NCBI GenBank assembly: GCA_965206645.1
Contig: CBDBKE010000001.1
Location: forward strand, 87,380-151,379
DNA: 64,000 nt
From: Terriglobia bacterium
GTDB taxonomy: Bacteria > Acidobacteriota > Terriglobia > JAJPHL01 > JAPKYU01
Direction of reading: 5' to 3'
Under the pieces are notes generated by a model, which made no database searches, was not told where the DNA came from, and was given only the letters and a program-made list of their open reading frames with translations. The position numbers and the translations under genes are program-made. This document shows positions 29,709-39,123 of the stretch, piece after piece (the first letter of the stretch is position 1; every line of letters begins with the position of its first letter).

Positions 29709-30344
29709 CTACAGCTTGAGCGAAACAGAGACGCCGTCGCGCAACGGGATAATGACGGTGTGTAGCTCCGCAGTGGAGTAGGTCAGGCGGTTGAATTCCT
29801 GAATGCCTCGAGTGTCGCGGTCTGGGCGTCGCAGGCGCACTACGCGGCCGAACCAGAGCGTGTTGTCTGCCACCAGCAGGCCGCCCCGGCGCAGGCGCGA
29901 CAAGGCCAGCGGGAAGACTTCTGGATACTGGTGCTTGTCCACATCGTTGAAGATCAAGTCGAACTCTCCGGGTGTGGCGCGGAGTAGTTCGAGGGAATCC
30001 CCCACGGCGATGCGCGCGATGTGGCTGACACCCGCGCGCTCCAGATACTGGCCGGCGCGCCGGGCGTTGCTCCGGCTGCCATCGCTGTAGTACACCTCAG
30101 CGCCCTCACCAGCGGCACGGGCCAGCCAGATGGTGGAATAGCCGATCGCCGAGCCCAATTCAAAGATGCGGTGCGCGCCCCCTAACTTGACCAGCAGGTA
30201 AAGCAAGCGTCCCACCGCCGGGCCGACGATGGGTATGCGATGCTCGCGGGCATAGGCTTCCATTTCTTCCAGGACCGCATCCCGCGCCGGTAACAGGTTG
30301 TAAAGATAGCTCTCCACGTCGGGATGAGTGATTTCGGTATTCAT
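29709..30344 (-). CDS. Class I SAM-dependent O-methyltransferase (family 3, caffeoyl-CoA OMT-like).
   Basis: ELGSAIGYSTIWLA is the SAM motif I. DNTLWFG is the C-terminal OMT motif. Confidence 0.75.
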   Translation of the reverse strand: MNTEITHPDVESYLYNLLPARDAVLEEMEAYAREHRIPIVGPAVGRLLYLLVKLGGAHRIFELGSAIGYSTIWLARAAGEGAEVYYSDGSRSNARRAGQYLERAGVSHIARIAVGDSLELLRATPGEFDLIFNDVDKHQYPEVFPLALSRLRRGGLLVADNTLWFGRVVRLRRPDRDTRGIQEFNRLTYSTAELHTVIIPLRDGVSVSLKL

Positions 30345-30447
30345 GCCTCGGATTATGCCACTTGCTTGGGGCCTAACGGACATTTTGGAGGTTGGCCGGT
30401 GAGAGGCGGATCATCGAAACGTGTTTAGGAAGCCGGCTCCCCGCGGG

Positions 30448-31536
30448 CTAATGGAAGAAGAAGATCTGGGTGTGTACCTTTCGTCCCGAGTTCAAGATGT
30501 CCTTGGCATGAATCTGGTAATCGGGCCGGGCCCGCTTGACCAGCGCAGGTATGATCGTCGGATCGCGACGGAAGTGATACACGGAGATGGCCATGCGGGG
30601 TTTGAACTGCTGGAGCGTCTCGCTGGCCCCCTCCATCGCGAAGCGTTCGGAACCTTCGATGTCCATTTTGATGAAATCCACTCGATCGAGCTTGAGGTTC
30701 GCGACAATGTGGTCCAGTGGCAGAACAGGAAGGCCCTCCATCTTGTTGCCGTTGGTCGGTTCTTCTACAAACGTCTTTCTCCCAGAATTCCCATCTAGGG
30801 GCTCATAGAGCGTGAGACGCGTTTTCTTGTTCCAGACCCCCGCCTTCACCACGATGACCCGACCCTCCGCAATCTCCGGGCCAAGATTGGACTCCAGGCA
30901 GGCCGCGTTTGTAGGATCGGGCTCAATGGCCACCACCCGATCAGCTCCTTGCTTCAAAGCTAACTTGGTAAAGAGGCCAACGTGGGCGCCGCAGTCCACC
31001 ACCGTATCGCCGGGGCGGATGGCCACCTCTCCGCTCTCGTAGATCCTCTGACCAGTCATCTCCCAAACCAGCCAGGTGAGGAGTTCCTTCCCCGGGGCAG
31101 TCAACCAGAACTTGCCGAGTTCGGTCTGGTACAGCTCCCACTTACGCCCCTCCACAACTTTCTCTTCGACCTGATAGACACTCTTCTCAACTTCAGGAGC
31201 GGGCCTCGGCCAGCAGGGTCCGAAAGCCTTGCGCTGAACATCGTTCCACTCGACATAGAGAAGGCGGCCGCGCAGTTTTTCATAAACAACGCTGGCCCGC
31301 CACCACGCCGAGCAACCGCTTTGATCGATTCTGGACCATCCCAGCCCTGCCGCCACCAGCACCCCCGCCAGTGTCCAGGCTTTCCGCTCGCGACTGGACC
31401 AAATCAGACCTGTGGCGCCCACAAGAAGCGCCAAAGTAACGGCGTCATGGACCCCCCAGATGACTCCGGCGGCAGCAATCAGAGCTGCTAGCACTAGGGC
31501 TACCTGTCTGCGCCGGGAGACGGTTAGGTTTGGCAA
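30448..31536 (-). CDS. FkbM-family SAM-dependent methyltransferase with an N-terminal 2-TM membrane anchor (intact copy).
   Basis: N-terminal TM helices followed by an FkbM core (VVDCGAHVGLFT...VAIEPDP...IKMDIEGSE). Confidence 0.75.
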   Translation of the reverse strand: MPNLTVSRRRQVALVLAALIAAAGVIWGVHDAVTLALLVGATGLIWSSRERKAWTLAGVLVAAGLGWSRIDQSGCSAWWRASVVYEKLRGRLLYVEWNDVQRKAFGPCWPRPAPEVEKSVYQVEEKVVEGRKWELYQTELGKFWLTAPGKELLTWLVWEMTGQRIYESGEVAIRPGDTVVDCGAHVGLFTKLALKQGADRVVAIEPDPTNAACLESNLGPEIAEGRVIVVKAGVWNKKTRLTLYEPLDGNSGRKTFVEEPTNGNKMEGLPVLPLDHIVANLKLDRVDFIKMDIEGSERFAMEGASETLQQFKPRMAISVYHFRRDPTIIPALVKRARPDYQIHAKDILNSGRKVHTQIFFFH

Positions 31537-31736
31537 GGTGGTTACCTCCGCACGCCCTATTGTGATCTATTCCTACCGAGAAGATCGAATTCCAATCGGA
31601 ATTTCCGATTTGCGCTTCCACTTCGCCCAAGAACGTACACCAGGCTGCTCTGTCGACCCAGCCGGAACCGACTTTTGCGAGGTGGCCGTTTTGAGGCGGA
31701 TCGTCGAAACGTGTTGGGAAGCCAGTCCCAAGCTGG

Positions 31737-32839
31737 CTAATCGAAGAAGAGGACTTTGGTTCGTACTCGTCCCATTGTCTCGATGTCCTTGGCATGAATC
31801 TGGTAATCGGGCTGGGCCCGCCTGACCAGCACAGGTATGATCGTCGGATCGTCCGACGAGTGATACACGCTGATGGCCATGCGGGGCTTGAATTGCCGGA
31901 GAGTCGCGGTGGCCCCTTGAAGCGCGAAGCGTTCGGAACCCTCGATATCCATTTTGATGAAATCCACCCGGTCGAGTTTGAGGTTCGCGACGATGTCATC
32001 CAGCGGCAGCACAGGAAGGCCTTCAATCTTGTTCGCGTTTGGCAGTTCCCCCACGAACGTGTTTTTTCCGGAATTTTCATCTAGGGACTCATAGAGCGTG
32101 AGACGCGTTTTTTGTTCCAGAGTCCTGCTTTCACCACCACGACACGGCCTTCTGCAATCTCCCGGCTCAGATTGGACTCCAGGCAGGCGACGTTTATAGG
32201 ATCCGGCTCAATGGCCACCACCCGATCGGCTCCTTGCCGCAGAGCGAACTTGGTAAAGAGGCCGACGTGAGCGCCACAATCCATCACCGTATCCCCCTGC
32301 CGGATCGCGGCCTGCCCGCTCTCATAGTCGCGCTGCACAGTCAACTCCCAGAGGAGAAACGCAAGGAGGTCTTTACCCGGTGCCGGCATCCAGAAGCGTC
32401 CCAGCTCGGTTTGATAAAGCTCCCATTTGCGTCCCTCCACAACTCTTTCTTCGACCTGATGGATACTCTTCTCGACTTCCGGATGGGGCTTGTTGAGCCC
32501 ATAGCATGGTCCAAAGGCCTTACGCTGAACATGGTCCCACTCGATATAGGGAAGGTGGCCGCGCAGTTGTTCATAGACGACGCTGGCCCGCCACCATGCC
32601 GAACACCCGATCTCATCTGTGTGGGACCATAGTAAGCCCCCGGCTACGATTGCGCCGGACACCAGCCAAGCTTTCCATTCACGGCTGGACCAAATCAGAC
32701 CGGCGGCGCCCACAAGAAGCGCCAAGGTAACCCCGTCATGGACACGCCAGATGACTCCTGTGGCGGCAATCAGAGATGCCAGCACCAGTGCCGCTTTTCG
32801 TCGCTGAAGAACCTTCACCTCTGGAAGACCGGATTTCAT
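31737..32839 (-). pseudogene. Paralogous FkbM methyltransferase copy, split by a -1 frameshift at a short A6/T6 tract (plus-strand 32108..32113).
   Basis: ORF 32081..32839 aligns to the N-terminal two thirds of copy 1 and ORF 31737..32054 to the C-terminal third. Copy 1 reads gcgttttcttgtt where copy 2 reads gcgttttttgtt. Confidence 0.65.
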
Positions 32840-32915
32840 GATTACTCTCTATTTTGAATTGAAAGTCTGTCCGGTATTGAGAACCTGATGCATTACGGCG
32901 GTTTAGGCATTCTCG

Positions 32916-33629
32916 CTAGTAGAGGTACGGGACGAGCCGCCAGGTGCGGCGTCGGTAGGCTTCGAACTCGGCGGCCAGCAGCTTCTCCTCTTGCAGGATG
33001 CGCACAGCCACGAAGAGGGTCAGCAGCGGCACCAGCAGGAACACCAGCCAACTGCGGAATACCAGCGGCCAGCCTACCGCAACCAGAAGCGCCCGCAAGT
33101 AAATCGGGTGGCGGATCAGGGCGTAGATGCCGGTCTGCACGAGCTGGTGGTCGTCCTGGATGGTGACGTAGCCGCTGTACTGCTTTTCCAGCGTTTGCAC
33201 CGCCACCAGGGCCACCGCGTTGCCTCCGGTGTAGAGCACTAGCCCGAAGTAGCACAGGGCGGAGCTATCGCCGAACGTCAGCAAACTTCGGCGGTCAGCA
33301 TAGGCGACGAACCAGATCAGAAACATCGCCACCACGATTAGCCCGCCCAGCAGCCACCGCTGCCCTCCCACCGGACGCTGGCCTTTGCGATACAGTTCGA
33401 CGTCCGGCGCCAACACCAGAACCAGGATGGCGCCGAGCACGGCGAGCGCAAAGAATGCGGCGCGCGCCGGATGCGCAAAGTAGGCGCCTGGAGCGTCGAG
33501 TCCCCAGCCCACCAACACCAGGCCCAGTGCCAGACCCGGCGACAGGACCATCTGCGCCAGTAGCGCTTTGCTTATGGCTCCAGTTCGGGCCGGTGAATCG
33601 CTCATACAAGATCTGCGTGGGGCGTGCAA
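32916..33629 (-). CDS. Isoprenylcysteine carboxyl methyltransferase / phospholipid methyltransferase (ICMT/PEMT-like) family membrane protein.
   Basis: Polytopic. The C-terminal motif is ...GIYALIRHPIYL...EE..L...FG..Y..Y... Confidence 0.65.
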   Translation of the reverse strand: MHAPRRSCMSDSPARTGAISKALLAQMVLSPGLALGLVLVGWGLDAPGAYFAHPARAAFFALAVLGAILVLVLAPDVELYRKGQRPVGGQRWLLGGLIVVAMFLIWFVAYADRRSLLTFGDSSALCYFGLVLYTGGNAVALVAVQTLEKQYSGYVTIQDDHQLVQTGIYALIRHPIYLRALLVAVGWPLVFRSWLVFLLVPLLTLFVAVRILQEEKLLAAEFEAYRRRTWRLVPYLY

Positions 33630-33649
33630 GACGCTGGCGGTGCAGCGCC

Positions 33650-34462
33650 TCAGTCCACGGTCTGTTTGAATTCCATGACCTTCAGGTAGGCGGCCTCGTA
33701 CGCCTCGGTCAGCATGGCGAACAGGCCGGCATCGAACTTGTGCAGTCCGCGGGCGGTAATGCCGCCGGGAGTGGTGACCTCGTCAATGAAGTCGGCCAGG
33801 TGCCGGTCCGGTTCCAGCTCGCACAGCGACAGGGTGCCCTCGGCCACCCCGAAGGTGGCCACCTTGGCCAGATCGGCCGGCAGGCCCAGGTGCACCAGCG
33901 AGCGCACCATGCCCCACAGGATGTAGGCCATAAAGGCCGGAGCGCTTCCGACGCCCACAATCGTGATGTCCAGGTGACGCTCCTGCTGGGTGAAGACTTC
34001 GCGTCCCCAGTGGGAGAAAATGCCCCGCGCCAGTTGCAGATCGGCCTCGTTGCAGGATTGCGCCGACCAGAAGGTGACCGCGCGCCCGACCTCGATGGCG
34101 ATGTTGGTGCTGCAGCGAACCACTTTCTTGTGTCGGAGCAGGCGCGCGATGCTAGGCGAGTCAATCCCGGTCATGATGGAGATGACCAGCTGGCGCGCGG
34201 TCAGCGAGTCGTGGATTTCCCGCGCCACCTCCGCGAACATCTGCGGCTTGACGGCCAGAATCACGATGTCGGCGCCGCGCACCGCCCGCGCGTTCCCCTG
34301 GTGAATGCGGACGCCCGGGAAACGGTCTGCCAGTTGTTTCGGCGTGCGTGTCTTGCTGACCGAGAGGTTGCGCGGCTCGCAGAAACCTTCGTGGATCAGC
34401 CGCTGTATGATGATGCGGCCCATGTTGCCCGGCCCTAGAATGCAGATCTTTGGTGGTTTCAC
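33650..34462 (-). CDS. proC: Pyrroline-5-carboxylate reductase.
   Basis: ICILGPGNMG is the Rossmann motif. GSAPAFMAY and TTPGGIT motifs are present. Confidence 0.7.
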   Translation of the reverse strand: MKPPKICILGPGNMGRIIIQRLIHEGFCEPRNLSVSKTRTPKQLADRFPGVRIHQGNARAVRGADIVILAVKPQMFAEVAREIHDSLTARQLVISIMTGIDSPSIARLLRHKKVVRCSTNIAIEVGRAVTFWSAQSCNEADLQLARGIFSHWGREVFTQQERHLDITIVGVGSAPAFMAYILWGMVRSLVHLGLPADLAKVATFGVAEGTLSLCELEPDRHLADFIDEVTTPGGITARGLHKFDAGLFAMLTEAYEAAYLKVMEFKQTVD

Positions 34463-34673
34463 TGCTTCCTCCCAGCGTGCGATTCGGCCATTATAGCCTC
34501 TTGCGAAAAACCTTTTCGGAGGGAATTCCTCTATGCCCGCGTGAGGAAGAGAACCTGGGTTGCGCGGTGGAGGCTGAGCGGCGCAGGTTGAGCGGCGGGG
34601 TTGAGCGCCGGACCAGGCCTATCTCACGGGCGACGTGGAGCAGACGCGTCCCGCGACCCATACGCGAAGCAAC

Positions 34674-35255
34674 TTAGCGGCGGTAGAGGTAGAGGGTGTG
34701 CTGATGGAATTGGCTCTCGCCCTGGCTCATGTTTTCGATCTTCTCCGCGCGCCAGCCGGGAACTTTGAAATCGTGCGAGACGACGCGCGCGCCCTTCTGC
34801 AGGTGCTTCTCCAGTCTTGGTTTCAGCTTCTCGTTGGAGCTGGTCAACAGGTAGAGGGTCACTACCGTGGCCTGGCTCACATCCACCTTCATCAGATCGC
34901 CGTGGATCACCTTTACCCTGTCTTCCAGCTTTAACTGCTTGACCCGTTCTAAGGCTTCCTTGTGCAGCTTCTCGTCCATCTCCACGCCGACCGCCTGCGC
35001 GCCGAATTTCTGCGCGGCTATGATGAGGATCCGCCCGTCCCCGGACCCCAGGTCGTAGACAATATCGTTGGGCTTGACCTCGGCCAGTTTCAGCATCCTC
35101 TCCACTACCGTTTCCGGGGAAGGCACGTAGGGCGCTAGTTTCTTGGGGGCCCTCGGGTCCGCCGCTTTGATCTGACCCAGCGCCGGGGTAGCCGCCAGCA
35201 CGAGTCCAAGGATCAGGCTCGCCAGCAACGCCAGGGTCCGCTTTTCCTGCAGCAT
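34674..35255 (-). CDS. Secreted or periplasmic class I SAM-dependent methyltransferase.
   Basis: Signal peptide (MLQEKRTLALLASLILGLVLAATPALG) followed by VYDLGSGDGRILI, the SAM motif I. Confidence 0.6.
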   Translation of the reverse strand: MLQEKRTLALLASLILGLVLAATPALGQIKAADPRAPKKLAPYVPSPETVVERMLKLAEVKPNDIVYDLGSGDGRILIIAAQKFGAQAVGVEMDEKLHKEALERVKQLKLEDRVKVIHGDLMKVDVSQATVVTLYLLTSSNEKLKPRLEKHLQKGARVVSHDFKVPGWRAEKIENMSQGESQFHQHTLYLYRR

Positions 35256-35435
35256 GCAGAAGTCTCCTCGGAATACACGACTGCCCTGCACCTGTGAGAG
35301 GGTTGACCGCCGCATACTAAATTTTACCGTCGAACCGGCCGCAGGCACAAGGGCGAATGCCCCGCTTCCCTACCGCGGACGTTCGGCTCGTCAAAAGATA
35401 GCGGTTCACCCTGTTCTATGTTCTAATAGCGCGCC

Positions 35436-35819
35436 ATGAAACGAATCATTTCTTCGCCGGATGCGCCTCCAGCTGTAGGTCCGTATTCCCAGGTTGTAGA
35501 GGCGAATGGCTTCGTGTTTGTCAGTGGCCAGATGCCACTGGATTCTTCGGGCAAGCTGGTAGAAGGCGATATCGCTGTCCAGACCGAGCAGGTGATGAAG
35601 AACCTGTCCGCGATCGTGAAGGCGGCCGGCTCCAGCATGGAGCGGGCAGTCAAGGTCAATGTCTACCTGAAAGACCTCAAGGAGTTCGCCGAGATGAACA
35701 AGGTCTACGCGCGCTACTTCCCCAGCCAGCCGCCGGCGCGGGCTACGGTGGAGATCGCCCGGCTGGCGTTCGACGTGAAAGTTGAGATAGACCTGATTGC
35801 GCTGGCCGGGCAATCTTAG
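35436..35819 (+). CDS. ridA: RidA/YjgF family reactive-intermediate deaminase.
   Basis: ...AVGPYSQVVEANGFVFVSGQ... and the C-terminal ...PARATVEIARL motif. Confidence 0.8.
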   Translation: MKRIISSPDAPPAVGPYSQVVEANGFVFVSGQMPLDSSGKLVEGDIAVQTEQVMKNLSAIVKAAGSSMERAVKVNVYLKDLKEFAEMNKVYARYFPSQPPARATVEIARLAFDVKVEIDLIALAGQS

Positions 35820-36280
35820 TGGATGCCCTCGGGGTCGTGCGGCACCTCGCGGACTTCGGTGGGCTCCTGACAGCAGTCGCAGCGGCCCGGCTTATACGAG
35901 GTGATGTTGCAGATGTGGCAGTAGTAAGTCACCTTGTGGAGTCGCCCGTCGCGTACGCTGAAGAGCCGCTCCACCTGGACGGTGTCCTTGCCCTTGCGGC
36001 GACCCTCCACACGCAGTTCCCAACCACGGATGCGTTCCTCACCCAGCAGCGCGCTGGTATACTCGTCGGAGGGAACCAGCCTGTAGGTCTTGACCTCTCC
36101 CCCTCCCCGGACTGGCACCTTTAGGATTGGCGCACGCCCCTGGTGCGTCAGCCGGCCGGTGAGGACGGCGGTGGGTTTCTCCAATGCCTTTCCGGCAGGC
36201 GCCTTTTTCTCGGGAGTGGCAGCCCAGGCGCCCGCGACCAACGCCAGCAGGAGTCCGGAGCAGAGCGTCCGCCGCACCAT
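35816..36280 (-). CDS. Secreted hypothetical protein with a C-terminal Cys-rich zinc-ribbon-like motif (CHIC...CDCC).
   Basis: Signal peptide. The C-terminal motif is YYCHICNITSYKPGRCDCC. Confidence 0.45.
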   Translation of the reverse strand: MVRRTLCSGLLLALVAGAWAATPEKKAPAGKALEKPTAVLTGRLTHQGRAPILKVPVRGGGEVKTYRLVPSDEYTSALLGEERIRGWELRVEGRRKGKDTVQVERLFSVRDGRLHKVTYYCHICNITSYKPGRCDCCQEPTEVREVPHDPEGIH

Positions 36281-36316
36281 ACTTACTAGTATAAGCGGAA
36301 ATTCGGCTAAGAGCTG

Positions 36317-36910
36317 TCAGGCCTGCAGGGAGGTGGTTTGTTGCACGCGGCGCTCTAGTTCGGTGAGGACCGTGTCAAAGCGCACCAGCATGGGATGCTG
36401 CCACCCGTCAGCCAGAGCGGCGCGCAGGCGGCGATAGCGGTCCAGTTGCTGATCGGGCGGGGCCTTCATTTCTCTCCAAATCTGGGCGCCGCGCTCCAGC
36501 GCCAGCAGGATGGATTGCATGTTGTGAATCTTGTCGGCGCAGGAGATGGCCTTGGCCTCGGCCGGGGCGGAGCGCAGATGCTCGGTGTATTCGCTCTTGC
36601 GCACTGCCCAGGGCCGTTCCTCGCCGGCTGCGTCAAGCTTGCGTTCGGTGACCGCACGCACCAGGCCGGCCACGCGCTCCCCGTAACCCTCCACATCTTG
36701 CCGGTAGGCGGGCTGGTCTTCCAGCACGTCGTGCAGTAATCCGGCTACGAAGACGTCTTCATCAAAGCCGAACTCTGCCAGCAGGCAGGCCACACCGAAG
36801 AGGTGAGCCACGTAGGGGATTGGGCGGTCGCGGTCCTTTCGGGCCTGGTCACGATGGGCGCTGGCGGCCAGGTCGATCGCAGTATGAATGCGTCGTGTAA
36901 ACGGTAGCAC
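36317..36910 (-). CDS. Stand-alone HD-domain protein resembling the RelA/SpoT hydrolase domain (small alarmone hydrolase-like, putative (p)ppGpp pyrophosphohydrolase).
   Basis: AIDLAASAHRDQARKDRDRPIPYVAHLFGVACLLAEFGFDEDVFVAGLLHDVLED matches the SpoT HD-domain pattern. Confidence 0.55.
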   Translation of the reverse strand: MLPFTRRIHTAIDLAASAHRDQARKDRDRPIPYVAHLFGVACLLAEFGFDEDVFVAGLLHDVLEDQPAYRQDVEGYGERVAGLVRAVTERKLDAAGEERPWAVRKSEYTEHLRSAPAEAKAISCADKIHNMQSILLALERGAQIWREMKAPPDQQLDRYRRLRAALADGWQHPMLVRFDTVLTELERRVQQTTSLQA

Positions 36911-37656
36911 TATTGGGGAGACTCCTGGTACTTGCCCTGCGCCTTCTCGCGTTCATACTGCTGCATCCGCTCACGCAGCCGCCGGATGTAAGTTTCATCG
37001 CGCGCGGGACGACGCGGTGCCTGTGTCTTGCCCTGAGCCGGCCGCCCCACCGCTCTGACTTCGGCCGGCGTGGAACTCGTCGTCGTCGAGCCTGCTTGTG
37101 CTCGGGCTGGTTCGCCGCCACCGGGCTTGGCCTCATCTGTAGCAGGCGGCAACAGCGCCGGGGCGGAATCGGCCGACAGGTCCCCCGGTGCAATGGCTGT
37201 TGCAGCGGGCTGTGGAGGAAGCGGCGCGGCTCCCTCTGAGGCTTCAGCCTCCGAAGCTTCAAGTTGTGGCGCCGCCGTTTCTGCCAAGGGCTGCGTCAAT
37301 CCGTCAACTGGGCCATCAACTGGGCCATCAACTGGGCCGTCAACTGGGGGACCAACCCGGATCCCGTCTTTCTCGTGCAGGAGTCGGGGTCCCAGAAGAG
37401 CAGCCAGCAAGACCAGGGCAAAGATCCCGACAGCCACCCAGAACACGCGGCGTCCCTCGGCGTCTTCGCTGCCGCGCCTTGCCCTGATGTGCCGAGCCGG
37501 ACCGGGCGGCGGTTCTGACGCCGTCTCCGTCAACTTCATTCGCTTTCCGAATAATGTGATCGGCGGAAGTTGCTCGCGGTCCGCCGCAGAGTTGCCTTTC
37601 TTGTCCATACCTGCCGTCCAGAAAATTCGTGCGCCCCCAGCCACACGCGGATACAA
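36910..37656 (-). CDS. Membrane-anchored Pro/Ala-rich hypothetical protein with a PVDG x4 repeat.
   Basis: One TM helix and the repeat PVDGPVDGPVDGPVDG, encoded by a 12-nt tandem repeat at 37290..37345. Confidence 0.45.
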   Translation of the reverse strand: MYPRVAGGARIFWTAGMDKKGNSAADREQLPPITLFGKRMKLTETASEPPPGPARHIRARRGSEDAEGRRVFWVAVGIFALVLLAALLGPRLLHEKDGIRVGPPVDGPVDGPVDGPVDGLTQPLAETAAPQLEASEAEASEGAAPLPPQPAATAIAPGDLSADSAPALLPPATDEAKPGGGEPARAQAGSTTTSSTPAEVRAVGRPAQGKTQAPRRPARDETYIRRLRERMQQYEREKAQGKYQESPQ

Positions 37657-37664
37657 TCACTGTG

Positions 37665-38807
37665 ATGTCCCTCAAAATACTCCTGGCCCTGGTCCTTGTC
37701 CAGCAGCTCCTGCTGGCACCTCACGTCAGTCTCGTGCGTGCCCAGGCAGGCGGCCAGGGCGTGCCCACCCACTCGAGGGAGGACCCGGCGTCGAACGTGT
37801 TGCAGATCGCACTGGAACGCATGGCCGCGAGCGACTCGGAGGGGGCCATCCAGCTGCTGCGCCCTGCAGCCAGAAAATCCGCGGTCCCGCTGGAGGCTCA
37901 ACGCGCTAAATGCCTGCTAGGCGCCGCCTATGCGATGAATGGCGAACTAAGGTCGAGTGAGCAGACAGCCGACGTTTTGAACAACCCCTCGGCTGCGGCG
38001 GAGGAGGCCGCCTGGAAGCAGGTACTGCCGGAATGCCAGGGGCAGCTTCAGAGCATCGCTCCCCGCCTGAAGCCCGACCGGCGCTCGGTGGTGTTCTATT
38101 ATCTGGGAATGATCGGCACCGACGAAGCCGAACACATCGGCTATCTGCGCCAATCCGTCAAGCTGGTCCCGCGGTTTTCTGAGGCTGGGTACCAGCTTGG
38201 CCTCCACCTGCTGGGCAACGCCGAACTGGCCGAAGCGGCTGAGGTCCTTCGCCGGGTCGCCCAACAGCGCCCGGGATGGGCTCAGCCCCGTAGCCATTTG
38301 GGGATGTTGCTCACGCTGACCGGCCGGCCCGAGGAGGCAGTCCAGGAGTTGCGGCAGGCCCTGAAAATCGAGCCTAAGTTGGCCGAGGCTCACGGACAGC
38401 TTTGCCTGGCACTCTATGCCACCGGGGACTACAACAGCGCGCTGACCCACGGTGGCCGCGCCGCTGACCGGCAGCCCAAGAACCCGTTCCACCATAACTG
38501 CGCCGCTCTGGTGCTGCTGGAGAAGAATCAGTCCCTGGAAGCGCTCGGCTATGCCCGCCGCAGTACCGAACTGGTGCCAGGACATGAAACCTTCCAGGTG
38601 GTGCTGGCCGCTGCTCTCGAGGCCACCGGACGCCAACAGGAAGCGCTGACCGCCATGTACCGCGCCTTGGCTGCCCAACCAGCATTGCGCACCGATCCCG
38701 CGCGGCTGGAGAAAGCCAACATGCTGCGCGGCCGTGCCCTGCAGTTGGCCCGCCAGGTTCTCCAGAGAGCCACCAGCTCAGACCAATCCGCCAGGGGGAA
38801 TCCCTGA
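37665..38807 (+). CDS. Secreted TPR-repeat protein.
   Basis: Signal peptide and multiple TPR-like helical repeats. Confidence 0.55.
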   Translation: MSLKILLALVLVQQLLLAPHVSLVRAQAGGQGVPTHSREDPASNVLQIALERMAASDSEGAIQLLRPAARKSAVPLEAQRAKCLLGAAYAMNGELRSSEQTADVLNNPSAAAEEAAWKQVLPECQGQLQSIAPRLKPDRRSVVFYYLGMIGTDEAEHIGYLRQSVKLVPRFSEAGYQLGLHLLGNAELAEAAEVLRRVAQQRPGWAQPRSHLGMLLTLTGRPEEAVQELRQALKIEPKLAEAHGQLCLALYATGDYNSALTHGGRAADRQPKNPFHHNCAALVLLEKNQSLEALGYARRSTELVPGHETFQVVLAAALEATGRQQEALTAMYRALAAQPALRTDPARLEKANMLRGRALQLARQVLQRATSSDQSARGNP

Positions 38808-38868
38808 CCAGCAGAGGTACAGCCGAGCCCGGCTCCGGCGCGTGCAAGTCTGTTGAATAGGAGTGTAT

Positions 38869-39123
38869 ATGCCAACCAGGAAAAGAAAAAGCCTCGAGAA
38901 GGAAATAGAACGGGTTGCGCTATCGACCGGAGCAGAGCTGGGCGCTGCGCTGGGGCGTCTTGAAAAAGAGGCGCGAACGATAGTGCGCAAAGGGATCGAA
39001 ATGCAAACGAAGGCGCAGGGCCGGTCCGTGCTGTTAATGCGGTCGGCCTCTCGGAAATTGGACAAGCTGGCGTCCCAACTCGAGAGTTTCGGTAAGCAAA
39101 CCCGACGCAAAAAACGGAAGTAA
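38869..39123 (+). CDS. Small (84 aa), highly basic, helical hypothetical protein.
   Basis: An AGGAG sequence lies 6 nt upstream of the ATG. The C-terminus is Lys/Arg-rich (...KQTRRKKRK). Confidence 0.35.
   Translation: MPTRKRKSLEKEIERVALSTGAELGAALGRLEKEARTIVRKGIEMQTKAQGRSVLLMRSASRKLDKLASQLESFGKQTRRKKRK

Larger units (their letters stand above)
30395..32850. repeat. Tandem duplication of about 1.2-1.3 kb. Each unit carries one FkbM-type methyltransferase gene plus ~60 bp of its 3' flank.
   Basis: The two gene copies are roughly 70-80% identical at protein level. The 3' flanks share ggcggatc(a/g)tcgaaacgtgtt(t/g)ggaagcc. Confidence 0.7.

Noticed and set aside
34674-35348. The long N-terminus (MPAAGSTVKFSMRRSTLSQ...) of the secreted methyltransferase.
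   Set aside because: The internal ATG at 35255 is followed immediately by a canonical signal peptide. The upstream 31 codons are hydrophilic and lack an RBS context, so the shorter start was used.
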